From Raja brachyura (Eukaryota), in contig OY740784.1 in the NCBI GenBank assembly GCA_963514005.1, forward strand, positions 82,398,001-82,462,000: a stretch of DNA of 64,000 nucleotides. Reading direction: 5' to 3'. The notes beneath the pieces were generated by a model. It saw only the letters and a program-made list of their open reading frames with translations. It was not told the origin of the DNA and did not search any database. Position 1 is the first letter of the stretch. Each line of letters opens with the position of its first letter. Position numbers and translations under genes: made by a program. Below are positions 11,357 through 24,822 of this stretch, one piece after another.

Positions 11357-12207
11357 GTAAGTATGAATTTCTTCCAATATCCTTATTATTTAATTATGTT
11401 TGTAACACCCCCCCCCCCCTCCCCTGTCTCTCTCTCTCTTTTTGGGGATTTTGGATCAAAATGTTATAAATCATTTTTGTCCCTGAAAAAAAAGGTTGAA
11501 GTTGACGGGAGAGGGAGAGAAATATTTTAATGCATTTATTTATTTTATATAAGGGGGTGGGGGCTTGCATCATATTTTAGTCTAGCTTGCAACTCTTGTG
11601 CAATGTTTGCACAGATGTCCACCCCCTCCTTCCTTTAATATGGACTTCGGACGAAGAATTAGGGGAAATGCAGCAATTTTTTTCACCCGCTTTTATGCTA
11701 CTCGCGAGTGAGCGGCACAAGCCGCCAGTAGTTTCAAGAGTGTTCGGTTAGTTTTAGAAAGTGATACAACTGGGTCAGTGCGTTATCTTTCACTTTTATT
11801 TATCTTGTTTTGTAGTGTTTGCGTGTTGCACTGAAAAAAGGCGGAGGTGTTTTGGAGGGTGTGTTGCACAGGGGGGCAGTGGCCGTGAAGGAGGGCAGCG
11901 TGAGGGTGCTTACCAGCCCTGTCTCTCTCCTCTCTCTGTGTGCTTACACTGAGTAGCAAACGGGCACCAAAGGCAGATGGAGTCGGGGATTCGGTCCCCG
12001 GAAACCAAACTCCAAACACAAACACCCCTCCCCTCCCTCTCTCATCCCCAGCTGAGTGTTTCCAAGAAGCCTTTCAGTTGAAGTGTTTTAAGTAACAGAT
12101 GTGAGCGAACACTGTGTTGATCGCTAAATCCTTAATTCCCTTGGCTTTTAATTCGCCTAATACCGGACCTTGTAACTTTGAATTGATAGGCAAGAGGGAG
12201 CGAGTAC

Positions 12208-12238
<31 letters not shown>

Positions 12239-15200
12239 AGCTTTCTGATATAAACAACGTGATCGCTAAATGACATCCTGGTTCGTTTGGGGCTTGACAG
12301 AAGTTTTCAGTCTGGTGTGGGATGGTGGAGGAAGGTTTAGCTTGATTGTTGGAAGAATGTACATTTAATTTCGTGCCTGTGAATTTATTTAATTTCATGG
12401 ACTTTAGGGATGTGCAGGTTGAGGGGTGGTGGCGGAGATTATGTGGCCAGCGGTCAGTCGTTGTGACTGGTGCATGTGTGTATGTGGCTGTGATCAAAAA
12501 GTCCAGCTCCAGTTTCCGTTACCAGCCATCTTTGATCTCCCACTTTAGGACTGTCACCCCCCCCCCCCCAAAAAAAAAAAGCTGGTTACATTAAAAGCGT
12601 CGGGTTTTTTTTTTTTGCTTTGCCCAATTTAAGCGAAGAACACTCGCTTTTTGAAATGTAGCGCCAACAAGAATCGTTCCATCACCATGTACATTCAACG
12701 ATAGCCTAAAACTAATAACTAAACCAATACTCTTTAAAAAATATATGAATTCACTCTTCTAACACTGTAAGAGTTTTTATTGCCCTCCCTGTTATTTTTG
12801 TTTTGGTGTATTACTGAGATTAAATGCAACTGTCCATTAATTGATCAGCATCTTTATTCGACTCGCCGCTGCTGGTTAGTCCATTACATTATATTTTGGG
12901 GAAGCGATATTCTGTTTCAAAAATGCTAGCAGCCAGGAGGCGAGGGAGGAGGGAAAGGACTTGCTTAATAAAAAAACAAAGGTGACAGCATAAAACTGTC
13001 AAAACGTGTTTGCACCTAGTGTGTGTGTGTGTTGGGGGGGGGGGGGGGGGGGCGATAGGCGCATCGTGGTCAGAGTTCAACCTCCCCCAAAAAAGCTTGC
13101 CACTGATTAAATGCTATTTCTTTTTTTAAACTGCGCTCAAGGACAGCATCGTCCCTCAGAGTCAGGCGCAAGAGAAAAAAATAATTGCGAGACATGTATG
13201 GCAAGAATCGTCTTATGTATGAATTAGAAAAGTGATCCCCGGACTGTTCTGCGTTCTGGTGGTTTATTTTACAGCTACCCTCGTCTTTCTCTTTATACAT
13301 TTTGGTGCAAATTGAACCTTCAACGTTGGCATTCTCAAAGTTTAGCTGCGAAGTCGCGCGATCAAAAGCGGGCGAAATACATTTACCTTCACGAATAAAA
13401 AAAACTTCACGTGACTTTATAGATATGATAGTGGAAAATTATATTACTGTAAAATGATAAGACTGGTATTTAAATCAGTGTGACAATATAGGTGAAGCGC
13501 ACCGTTTGTATCTGTTCAGTTTAAGACCGGGCCAGGGTGAAATGAAACCAACAAATTGAACCATACGCTTGCACAAGGCAAGAGTAGATTAAGTGCAAAG
13601 TGTCTCTTTTTTGTCATGGAAATGTTTTTTGTTTACTTCAACACGTAGAGTTTCTCACAGTTGGGCTTGTTTTGTATCGGCTCTCAATGACTACATGACC
13701 GAATGAATGGATTTATTTCTGCGGGGGGAGAGAAAAGAACAGCTTCACAATCAAAAGGACTACACTGCACCCCAGTGTGGAATTTTTAGCATTATTATTG
13801 GAACGTGTGAATAGCTGCAAATCGGCTCTCACAAGCGATCAGTTCAACAATGTAACGATTTCAAGGCATTAAAAACTAAATGAGAGAGGCCTTCAGAAAT
13901 TATCCACATATTTTTGGTGTATTGCGCAAAAAAAAATCGTAATAGTTAGTCAAATATTTACCCTCAAACTTGCAGACACAAAAACATCTGCAGCAGAAAT
14001 TTTGGATAGTGGAATTGTAACCTGCTGTATTATTGAAAGGAAAATAGGTTTGATCGTTTTGTGTAGTATCCGCATTTCAGGAGCTTTTACGTAGGGCGCT
14101 ATGTGCGGGGCAATTGGTTGCTAGAAAAGTTTGAAGTTTAGTTTTCGCACTGAGATTGAGATTGCGATATAATGCGCTGGTTTAATCAGATCATCACATC
14201 ATTAATCTGGCAGTCAACAGAGAGACTGATTGAAGTTCAGAGGGAGAGGAATGAATGGCTGCCTTTTTAAACCCACCGCTATGAAGAGCGATATCAACCA
14301 AGTTTACATGTTATTATTTAATTGGGTAAGAGAGTCGCTGGTTTATAATTTCTCCCCTTCCTTCGGTGAATCAAGTGATACATTATTTTTCAATGGTGTG
14401 AAGTGTTGAATTCCTTGGCATTGGCGGTGCAATAATTCTTGTTGTGACACACTCTCGAGATGGTATAGTGAAGTATAAAATTGAATGACCTTAGCTCATT
14501 TCCACTAAAGGTAGGTGTGATCTGGAGAATTAAATATGATTAATTTAAATTCATTTACTGTAAATCCTGCATGAATTAGTATAGAAAATATGCCTCTTTT
14601 AAACTTCTGAAATCGCAGTGCCCTGACTTCAAGTTAGATGACAGTGGGCAACTTGAATACTTGGATAAGGACAGCATATAATGTAAATAAGAATTGCTCA
14701 AGCCATGAGTCACTTAAATTTTCCATCCCGATACATTGCATGCCTGAGCGTCCTCAATGATTTATGCTTCAAAAACTATCTTTAATAAAGACAAAACACT
14801 CCTCTCAGGGTGCAGTTTTGCGTTAATATTTGCAGAATTGAATGATAATACTGTAGAAAAAAAAGCTCTGTGGGAAGTATTATGACCTGTCATTTGTAAT
14901 GATAGTAATCTATTTAGTACAATAGCTGATATGCTTGGTAAGAGGCATCAGTGGACAGTACCGAATCTCTGCTCCTGTTACTAGCTGCTCTGCTAAATTA
15001 AAACTGTTCACTCATAGCAGGTTGTGTTTGGCACAACCGTAAATAAATTTTGTATGCACAGTTAGAACTGCCTTGTGCTTTTTTATGTCACATTAACGAT
15101 TGATTAATGAAAATATAACAGGAATTTTAAGTTGTCATTACAGAAGAGGGAACAGAAAAGATAATTTAGTTTTAAATTGTGACAGATGGTGGTATGGTTA

Positions 15201-16926
15201 GTGTAATAATTTGTGTCAGTAAAGGATGACCCTCGATTTATTTTATTTAACACTCTAGTAAATTTGTGCCAGAGTATTATGTTGCCAACATAAAACAATG
15301 ATGCTTGTAGATCATTCATTTTGTGTGCGCCTGATCAAATGTATTCTCCTTCCAAAGAAATGGGAAAAGAATGTATAAACTGTTTTATTCATAAGGCAAT
15401 ACCTTTTTAAATTGCAACTTCAGATCAAGAAAACCCCTCAGTTACACTGTTACTGAACATTAGTCACCTTATGTAGTAAGAGTAACACAGCAATAAATAC
15501 CAACCGCTTGGAACTTTATCTGCTTCAAAAATATTCTCTGTCAATAAATGCTGCCAGCTCTGTCAGTGTTACTGTATTTGTTGCTGCATGTTGTACTTTC
15601 TAACATATGCTCGCGCAGCGTAATGTGGTGTCATTTTTCTTCAACTAAGAAGTAGTTAAATGTTACGGCAATTGTTCTACTTTAATTTTAAAATAATCAA
15701 ATTATATACTTTGCAAAAGCATTTGGTACACTTATTATAAAAATGTGTTTGTGGCTTTTGAAAATAATTCCGTAGATTTTGTGAGATGAAAATATAGAAT
15801 TTGTAGGCCAAGCAAATGCAATATAATCATCAGAGTATTTTCTCTCTGAATTAACAATTGCAATTTTTGTTCAGTAAATTTACTTAATCCCATTCTAAAA
15901 GCTGTTTGAGACCAAGCTGCTGATTTGCTAAAGTGCATTCTTTCAGAAAATCTAACTTGATAGAGAAAGCTAAAGTAAATATGTCCATTGTTTTCTTAAG
16001 CTGCTGATCACAAAATTGTCTTGATGCAGATAATTTAAAGAGTCACTTGTTTATCCCAGTTGCCAAATCAGCATGTAAAAATTACAAAGGACTGTAACAC
16101 TTTTATATTTGTATCTTAGAATTCCAAAATCATCAGTAAAAATATCCTGAGACCTGTTCTATTGCCATTTTAATTCTGTTGTTTGTAGCTTCAAAGGTTT
16201 AAGTAATAATTAGTTTTAATTTTAGGTTATTGGCTAATGCAAACAAATTTAGAATAACTTAGCCATTTCTCATTTATTTTGAGGCTGTTCTGAGAGATTT
16301 AGTTTTATTCATTTTCTTGGTTGCTGTTGCCAGAGTAGGTTTGTTAATTTCTTCAATTTCTTAGGCATTGATCAGACCAGAGCTGGTTGATGTCAATATA
16401 AGTGTACCACAACTTGGTGATTAAATTACTTGTGAGGTGACCATTTTATGTGAATGACAGTAATGTAAAAATATTCTCAAATGTGTGACTTGATAGTTCA
16501 GAGCCTGTCATATTGTTTTCAAAATAAAGATGTTGTAATTTGTAATGGTTGTTCAATTTTACATGTAATTCAATCCTCAATATTAGGGAATGATTTAATT
16601 TGTGCTGAGACTTACTGCTGCTGTACAATTTCCCGATTGAGACTGGAATATTTTGGCGTAATTATGGTAGAAATTTGTTGCTGGATTTATTCATAGCTGC
16701 TAACAAAAACTATGGAGTTGTTTTGACCTTTTGTGCTTCCCTTCTATATTAGCACTGCATTGTTGTCCATGTAACACATTAGGTTCCTTTGTTTGGCTTT
16801 ACTGAAAAGGTGGGATTGCATGGTGTGCCAACAAGCATCTGATGGGTTATCCCTGAGGGTGGGTAGTTAGAAGTGCTTTGACAGAGCTTGCTGATTTAAC
16901 CTTTGCCTGCTTTGCCCTGCCTTAGG

Positions 16927-16945
16927 TGGCCACTAGATGTCAAGC
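16927..16945 (+). promoter_or_regulatory. Candidate CTCF site TGGCCACTAGATGTCAAGC
   Basis: Close to the CTCF core CCACYAGRKGGCR (one core mismatch). Confidence 0.4.
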
Positions 16946-18232
16946 TCATAATACAATTAGTACATCTGTGCTGCTGACCTTGGCGGCACAGCTTACCACT
17001 GTTCTGTTAAGTGTTAACACTGAATTTGAGTGTTAAACAGGGATCGCAGTGAGTTTGTTACATGTGGCAGCTTATCACATGCCCATCTAGATAAAGAGAA
17101 GTGTTTTTAGTCGTTAAGTATAGAGAATGTTTGTGGTGGGGTTGGTTTCTTAACTGTGCAAATGTGAATCTTGTCATGTTGTAAGCACAATCAAAATTAT
17201 TACCATTCTTTTTTTCAAATGAATACAGATGATGGAACATCACATTCTTTATTTTGGTTTGTGTTTGGTTACATGTTTTTAGGATATTTACTTCAGGGAA
17301 ACTTTTGTGTCATTGTTGAGGTATTTTTGGTTAGTTTCAGAAACAAAGGCTTTCCTTTTTTTGTTACTTGTTTTATTTATTAACTTTCCTCCTGGCAATG
17401 GAGCAATCTGCAGCACAAACTGCATGACCTGGAAGTGATGTCATGGGAGCCGACAGAGTCATAAGCCACACCTGCTGACAAATGTTTGAGGTCCTTGCCA
17501 TGACAGTAAATGAAGGGAAATATGGCTGTATGCAAAAGCTGTAAAATGGGGACCATTGGGTCTGATACAGAGCATTGAAAAACTTGAATATGCGCCTGTC
17601 TCAGATTTATTAGCTCCCCATCCTTGACGTCATTGTGCCAGAACCTTCAAAACAGCATGAACATTGTCACATTGTTGAATTTGCTGCCTTTTAGAGGAGG
17701 ACCTTTCAGATACCGTCTCAGAGCAGGCAGGTACAGATGCAATTTTAATTTTACTAGCTTTTTTTAATAATATGGGTGTTGCAGTTAATTATTCCTTTTG
17801 AATATTATTTATTGCACTGGTGCATGGTGCAGCTCTCAAAATCTTCTGTGGCAGTTGATCACAGGAGATCATTTCTTGGGGGAAGCAGCAGTCCAGGGTT
17901 GATGGCTGAGAGCTGAAGATTGCCTTTGTAATAACCCGATTCTTGTCAGATTCATTCAATTGCAAGCCAACAAGCTCCCTATTTCTAAGTGCAGAAGTAA
18001 AACCGTTTGTTGGCACATTAGCATCAGGCCACTTTTAGTAAAGGAACACTGAAAGTTTTTAATTTGATATGTGTCAGCTACAGCCTTCAATTTTACACTG
18101 TTGTCCTCCTAAATTCAACGTTTTGTCGCTGTCTTGCGGACAATGGCACAGTGAGAGAAGGCTCAGTGTTTTCTTCATTTAATCTCCTGTTTGTTCTCTG
18201 TTCTTTAGTCAATCGCTTGGTAGAGTCTTTAA

Positions 18233-18241
18233 GACCACCCA
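18233..18241 (+). promoter_or_regulatory. Perfect GLI consensus site GACCACCCA
   Basis: Exact 9/9 match in repeat-free intron 1; function inferred only. Confidence 0.45.
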
Positions 18242-20617
18242 CTAGGTGTGTCAATAATACATGTTAAAAGCTCATATCCCATGCAATCATTTATTTTATG
18301 CAAAATGACACTTGTCTGCACTTCAGCAACTTTGGAAAGAACATCAACTTAGTTTCTTGAAGGATAATTTTGTACTCTCAAGACTGAGGAAATCCCGGTA
18401 TTCTATATTTTACTCTTTCAATGAGGATAACGCAATACATCGTATCAGGAATGTTTCAGCCTATTCACATCTGTGCTTTGTGTACAAAGAGCTGATTGTT
18501 TTGTTCAAGTAATGCAATGCTGTAATACTTAGAAAATGCAACTGTTCCAATAGAATACTATGGCAGGCTGTACCACAGGTGGTTCCACGTTACGGGTCCC
18601 GAGACGTGGGCCACTGAATAGATTATAATGAATGTACCAGGTCAGTGATAGGTTTTAGCATAGCGAGAGTGCCCTCCTCTGTTCAACCTCTTGCTGGCAG
18701 TCTTTTGGATTGCAAGACCTCGGTGGGAGAATCTGCCATTCATTCTGGAATTTTTCCCGCATTGTTAAACTCTGCGAGAAATCCCTATTTATATCCTCCT
18801 GTCTCACAGCGTGAGTTCTGTCTGTGGTGATTCATCCTTTTCACAGCATTCCTAACACCATAAAGAGTTAAAATAAAACAATAAATTTTGTCCAACTAGC
18901 AGAGATTACTTCTTCACACATTTTCAGTGAAAATATACTACGAGGAAACATTCTGACGAACATCAACTCAAAGTAACACAGACATTAGTCCCTTTCTTCT
19001 GCTATTTATGTTGAGCAGTTATTTACAACTGGCACCAGCCTTCTGGAAAAAGTACAGTGTGGTTTTTATATTTTTAAAAAACCTTTAAATTATTCCTTTG
19101 AAAATTTGCTCTTCTGTTAATATGGAGTTTTTTTTCCTTTGGGGCTCTATGTATGTGTCTGAAGTCGCCTTGAAATATTATTTAACTTTACCTGACATGC
19201 ATTATGTTATTTTCACTAATTTCACATAAATTCATTTAAATGCAACCCTGACCCAAGCAAACTGCAAGCGAAGTTCTGAAGCAAACATACCTTTTAGATT
19301 GATCCTGTTTCATCATCCAGTATTGGAATTGCAGTTTGAGCTTATAAAGTGCATTGGGTACATACACCATCCTTGCCATTCTGATGTAATACACATAACC
19401 TGGTTCAACTACACCTTCAATATGAACAACATAGCTGGGAACTGTAAGCAAACAAGTCACATATAAGGTTGTGCAATAGAGTGCCAGAATCTTTAGCGTT
19501 TTACTTATTCAATGATTGTAAATAAGACGGAACAAACCAATTCTGATTTTGTCGCCAGGAAATTTTGGCAGAAGTAGCCGTGGATGAGAGAACGAAAATT
19601 GTCCAACAGTGTAGCCAGTGTAAAGCAAATCATAACGTTTTTTTATGGAAGTTAGGATTAAGATGTTTTAAACTGAATTAGTTAACCAGATTTTTGGAAA
19701 ATGTGCATCAACATAAACCTTTCATAATGAAGTCCGCTAGGATTTGTGATGTGCACCGAGCTTAATTTTAACAAATTGTAAAGTTAATAAGTGAATGTAA
19801 TGATAGAGGGCAACAGGTTATCAAATTGATGAATGATAATGTTCATGAGCAATGCTGAATATTTGTGTTATGTTTTACCTTCTCAAAACCAATGGCTTTT
19901 GTTCAAATATATTATTGGGCAATATAAAATGGTAAAGTTGACGAAGGAGAAATGGGTTTGTTTCTGGTACATTGTATTAAAACATGTGAATTTAAGATGA
20001 CTTTTTTGCATGGAAAAAACCCTCTGTTTTCGGATAGCTTGAGAATGGGGAATAATAAATGCCAGACTGGAAGCTAATGGCCATAATTTAACTTGGGGGT
20101 TTTGAAGGCATAAATCACACAAGAGAGGCTTGAGCAGTTAATGAATGTTTCAGAATACAAAGATTGAATTACAGCCCCTAATGCCCTCTGTGATTCTACC
20201 TTTCTTAAGTTTATGTATAACCAGAGAGATTTTTTTTAGAACATCAATAGTTTGGAGCATCGTTTATTTTTGTTAAGTTTCGAATATAACTGCAGTGCAC
20301 TTGCAAAAGCATTGGCAGAACACGTATTATTCAAAGACCAGAACTGGTCTCTGCGATGTACCATTTCAGCAGAATGGAAGTTATGATTTATTAACGGATT
20401 TTGTAAATATGTACTTGACCTGACCAGATCCATTCTCTAGAACTATTTTAAATGTAACGTTGTTCCAGGAATACGTATTGTGGACTCTCAAATGGTCCTT
20501 TTGATATAAAATATTTTTATAACAATACTAATTTTCCTCTGTATGAGGAGGAACATTCAGAAATAGTCCATTGCCTCTGCAGTGTAGGAGGAAGTTTCGC
20601 ATTTTAAAAGTACATAT

Positions 20618-20741
20618 AAGAACCGCCGTTGCTGGTTTTCAAATAAAGACACAATTTTGGAGAAACTTAGCGGGTTGGGCAGTATCTCTGTAGAACATGG
20701 ACAGGTGACGTGTCGTTTTGGGTTGGGACCCTTCTTCAGAC
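20618..20741 (-). mobile_element. Short Penelope-derived repeat, degenerate hammerhead
   Basis: AGACACAA..TGGAGAAACTTAGCGGG..GGCAGTATCTCTG..GGGACCCTTCTTCAGAC. Confidence 0.75.
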
Positions 20742-23700
20742 TTTTAGTACTTCAAAAGCACCATTGTAATATTGTCATGGATTTTGGGAACCAGTGACGG
20801 ATAACTGTCTGTTATGCCAGAAAATTCGAGAGTCACAAATTGATTTGAAGAGCTTGCAATTTAAGTTTGTCTTTGGACCTACTAACCCTTCAATATTCTG
20901 ATACAGTATAGAATAAGGCATTACATGTGCACAAAATCAACTATTTTGCTTGTTACTTCCTGGCATTTGCCTATTTCATGATTTGTAAGGTTCAAGAAAA
21001 GCTCATATTCTTACAAAGTAACAAGAAATTCTTTATAGTTATTGCCATCTAATTCACTCTGTCACCCTCGCATACTTCATTGAAGAATTCGTGGGTACAT
21101 ATTACAACTTACACACATTTTCCTACCACCGATTTGAAATACAGGTCCATATACATGCATATTTTCAGATTTGTTACATTTTAGAGAGACCACTTCTATA
21201 TTTGTTTTATTTTATTAACCAGTTGCTCACAGTTGGAATTCCATTAAACTTTTCCCAACTTGGACATGCCACTGCTAAATGTCCCTCCTAACCTTTCTAT
21301 CCTATTAAGAATATACAGTTTACTGTTTTCTTGTATGTGAAAAAAGTAGCATAAGATTATTGGGAAGTATTGCCAAATTAAAGTAATTTCTAATTTTGGG
21401 GATGAAAATGTAACACTGCCAATATTATTGGCTCTTTGCTTCATATAAGCAATGCATGGTGGTGGACCTTTGAAAGAGAAACAAACTTTAAAATTACATT
21501 AAATCAGGATAAATCTGCCAACCACGAAGAACATACGAAAAACAGAAGTCACATTTAAACAATCTATCGTAGGTATGAAGGAGATCGGCGACTATCACAA
21601 ATTCTGCTTCAAATCGGGGTTTTTTAAGACATTGCTCATTAATCAGTTGATGTTAACACCAACAATTTCCATTTAAATAGTGTTTTTGATATTTAAAAAT
21701 GAAAGATCTTATGTGATTCCTGGGAATCATAACAAGCAACAACAATTGACACCAAGTCACCTATTAAGGAAGATGACCAGAAGTTTAAAGGAGTATCTTT
21801 GAGCCGTAGGGAGATACAATTTTATTGTAACTGGTCTGGAGTGGATCATAATATAGGACTTTTATTGCTGTGCACTTACATCACGTTACAAGGTTATTCC
21901 AAATGCGCAGGTTTTATATTATTTGAAATCATATTGTCCATTTAGATTGCTGATTGAGTTTTGTATGGATCTATTGACTGAAGTTAAATTCAATCATGGT
22001 ACTCCACTTATATGGCACCATGGCAGGAGCTACTGCAGACTGTATCACATTCATGTCAATGCTTACTCTTGTGTTGTACAAGGGGGTGGAAGCCAGCGAG
22101 GGATTTAAATCAGGCTGTTTACATGGTCTTGATCTGAATCACTCTAGTGCACTGTTGTTATCAAATCAGCTCTGTGAGATTTTTGTGTAAGACATTTTGC
22201 AGTATCGTAAGAGCAGGTTGAAGAGAAAATGTATAAAATTAACATGATGTACTTAAACGCAGAACAACTGCAAATTAAGGACAGAAATTGAACAGCTACA
22301 TAAAAGTAAATAGAGATAGAGTTGTGAATTTAAGTCTGTGACAAGCTGAATAGTTAAATTAGATTCTGCCTGCTTTTTCCTTCGTGCTTGTAATATTGTT
22401 CACTATTACCCAAACCAGTGTTTTGGGGATTCTATGACTTCTGTGACTTGCCGCTGTGATGCAGCAGTAACAGATTTAAAAAAAAATCTATTTGTCCTGA
22501 AGGTTTTTCTCTCCATCAGTAATAATAGAAATTATTTTGATCCATGGATGGAGTTTTTTTTAAAGGATGTTTTACAAAAAGGGTTGCTAACATGCCATTA
22601 GCCCCTTTCACTCAGCGCAAGACTGCCAGATACAATGCATGCCAAGCTGTTCATGCATCAGCAGCATTGTAATGGATACTTGAAATTGGGTCTCTTGAAA
22701 TACTAAAGTCATTTTACAGCATATAAATTGTATTTATGTATTGGTGATGTGATACCACTTTTCTTTTAAATTCTCTCTTCCTTTCCTGCTTTTTTTGATC
22801 TTTAGAACGTGGCTCCTGTCCCTATTATAATTAAACATGCTCCTTAATCTATGTAGCAGTAAAGAAGGGTTAAGGCAGCCTTTGCATAAATATATGGGTT
22901 ATATTGCCTGTCTCGCTTGGCAAATGTATACTCATACCACCAATCTCATTTTGCTTTAGTTTCACCTTATTCTTGCCCCTCCAAGCAAGATGACTGAGTG
23001 GTTTACCTTCACCCTACAGCTTCAGAATATAGATAATAGTGATCCTGAATCCTCTTGGATATTTAGATAAAAAGGATACATGATGACGTGGGCACAACTG
23101 ACGCATTGAAATCTCCAGAAAGTGGATCTGTATCGCACAGCCATGGTTTTTATGTTTGTTTCTGCTTGGAAAGTAGTTCCATAAATGTCAATATTTGAAA
23201 TAACAATCTTAAAATAGTAATGTCCTACAGGTTTTGTACATTTTTGAATGTTTTTGGTTTGGCAGGACTTATTTCAGTTGAATTCCATTTTCTTTAATTT
23301 ATACAACAATTTCTTCCAGTACTTTCTGATAAATGTTAGGATGTTTAAATACTTCCCCTTTGCTCAACAAGCCTCCTTCCAATCCCCCTCCAGTATTCAC
23401 TTCAACCAACACGGCATACAGTCTTGGCCATTGATTTAGCAGCGAGAGCTTAGTTGTCAATCCTTAGTTTAAACCAGTAAGAAAATTAGACAATATTTTA
23501 ATTGTCCCTTCTTAAAACAAAGCTGTATTGTTTTGTTTGCTGTATATGTCGCCATGTCCCAATCCCCACCTTGGGTGATACGATGGTGAAGAACATTGAA
23601 GTTGTGCCCTGTCCTATATTGAGTTTCAATCCCCACGTTATGCACATCAGCAGGACTCCATTATAACATAATTTGTTGTAAATCTTCAATGGTTCTTAAT

Positions 23701-24649
23701 TACACAATTCTTTTACTTCAGGGATTTCTGTTCTCAAATTAAAATCCCCACCTTTGTATCCTTTATGCCCTTGATTTTTGAATAGAGGTCCACACACAGT
23801 GGACTTTAGAATTCCCTAAATATTTCCATTTTGCTTCATTCTGCCTACTTTCAAAATCTTGTTTAAAATCTCCTTCCAACAATGCTTGTCGCCATCTCTA
23901 TCCTTCCTAGTCTCTGGTCCGATCCCACTGCCTCCACAACTACTATTTTCAATTCACATTGACAGTGTTTGCTGTTGTCTGTAAATTCAAGTGTCACAGT
24001 TGCTCATGTTTACCAATCTTTGACTTTTGCTATTTCCAAGCAGTCTGGATCCCAATTTCTCTTAGCAGTTGCCTATGTGTTTCTTTGTGTCAGTTATGGA
24101 CATGGCTACTTGAGCTGAAGGTGGCGTTCCCTTGCATTTCTCGATGAATGAGTTAAGAAAATTAACTACCAAATGGCTCGAAACATATGTCTAATTATCT
24201 TCCAGTCAGGGGCTCAAGAGAACATTGTAGGTTAACCTATCAGGTCAAAATGAACTAAACTCGCTTTCTCCCACTTCCACTTATAAAATGTCGAATAGCC
24301 ATAATCTCCTTCAGAGTTCATGACTGAGTTTTGAAGGCACAGATCGTCCTTCCATTGCAAATTTTCAGCATTTTCTGCTTTTTGTTTCATGAAAATATCT
24401 TTTTTTTTGTTTAGAAAGTTGGGGCTTGGTCAAGAGGTTGTCCATTCTGCTTACTCTAGAGGTGAAGCATTAAAATGTGATTTGTGGAAAATGTAGTTCA
24501 GATTCAATACCAAGGACACTGATTTTCACAATGTGGCTCTTTAAACTGTGGTTGCAAAATCACAGTCCTTCTGTTCTTTAGTGAACGATGTGCATGGTTC
24601 CCTAAGCAAATGCAATTTGGAGCTCAAACTATCCAGAGGGGTCAATAAC

Positions 24650-24822
24650 NNNNNNNNNNNNNNNNNNNNNNNNNNNNNNNNNNNNNNNNNNNNNNNNNNN
24701 NNNNNNNNNNNNNNNNNNNNNNNNNNNNNNNNNNNNNNNNNNNNNNNNNNNNNNNNNNNNNNNNNNNNNNNNNNNNNNNNNNNNNNNNNNNNNNNNNNNN
24801 NNNNNNNNNNNNNNNNNNNNNN
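24650..24822. other. Assembly gap (173 N)
   Basis: Run of N. Confidence 1.

Larger units (their letters stand above)
5800..14460. promoter_or_regulatory. Broad CpG-retaining (probably unmethylated) domain covering the SALL3 promoter, exon 1 and 5' intron 1
   Basis: CpG dinucleotides visibly frequent here and scarce in 3000-5700 and beyond ~14500; GC-rich core at ~10150-11350. TSS not determinable; TATATAAAG at 10623 is only a candidate. Confidence 0.7.

Noticed and set aside
11357-11469. Continuation of ORF 11281..11469 as a small protein
   Set aside because: Read-through into intron 1 past a consensus donor.
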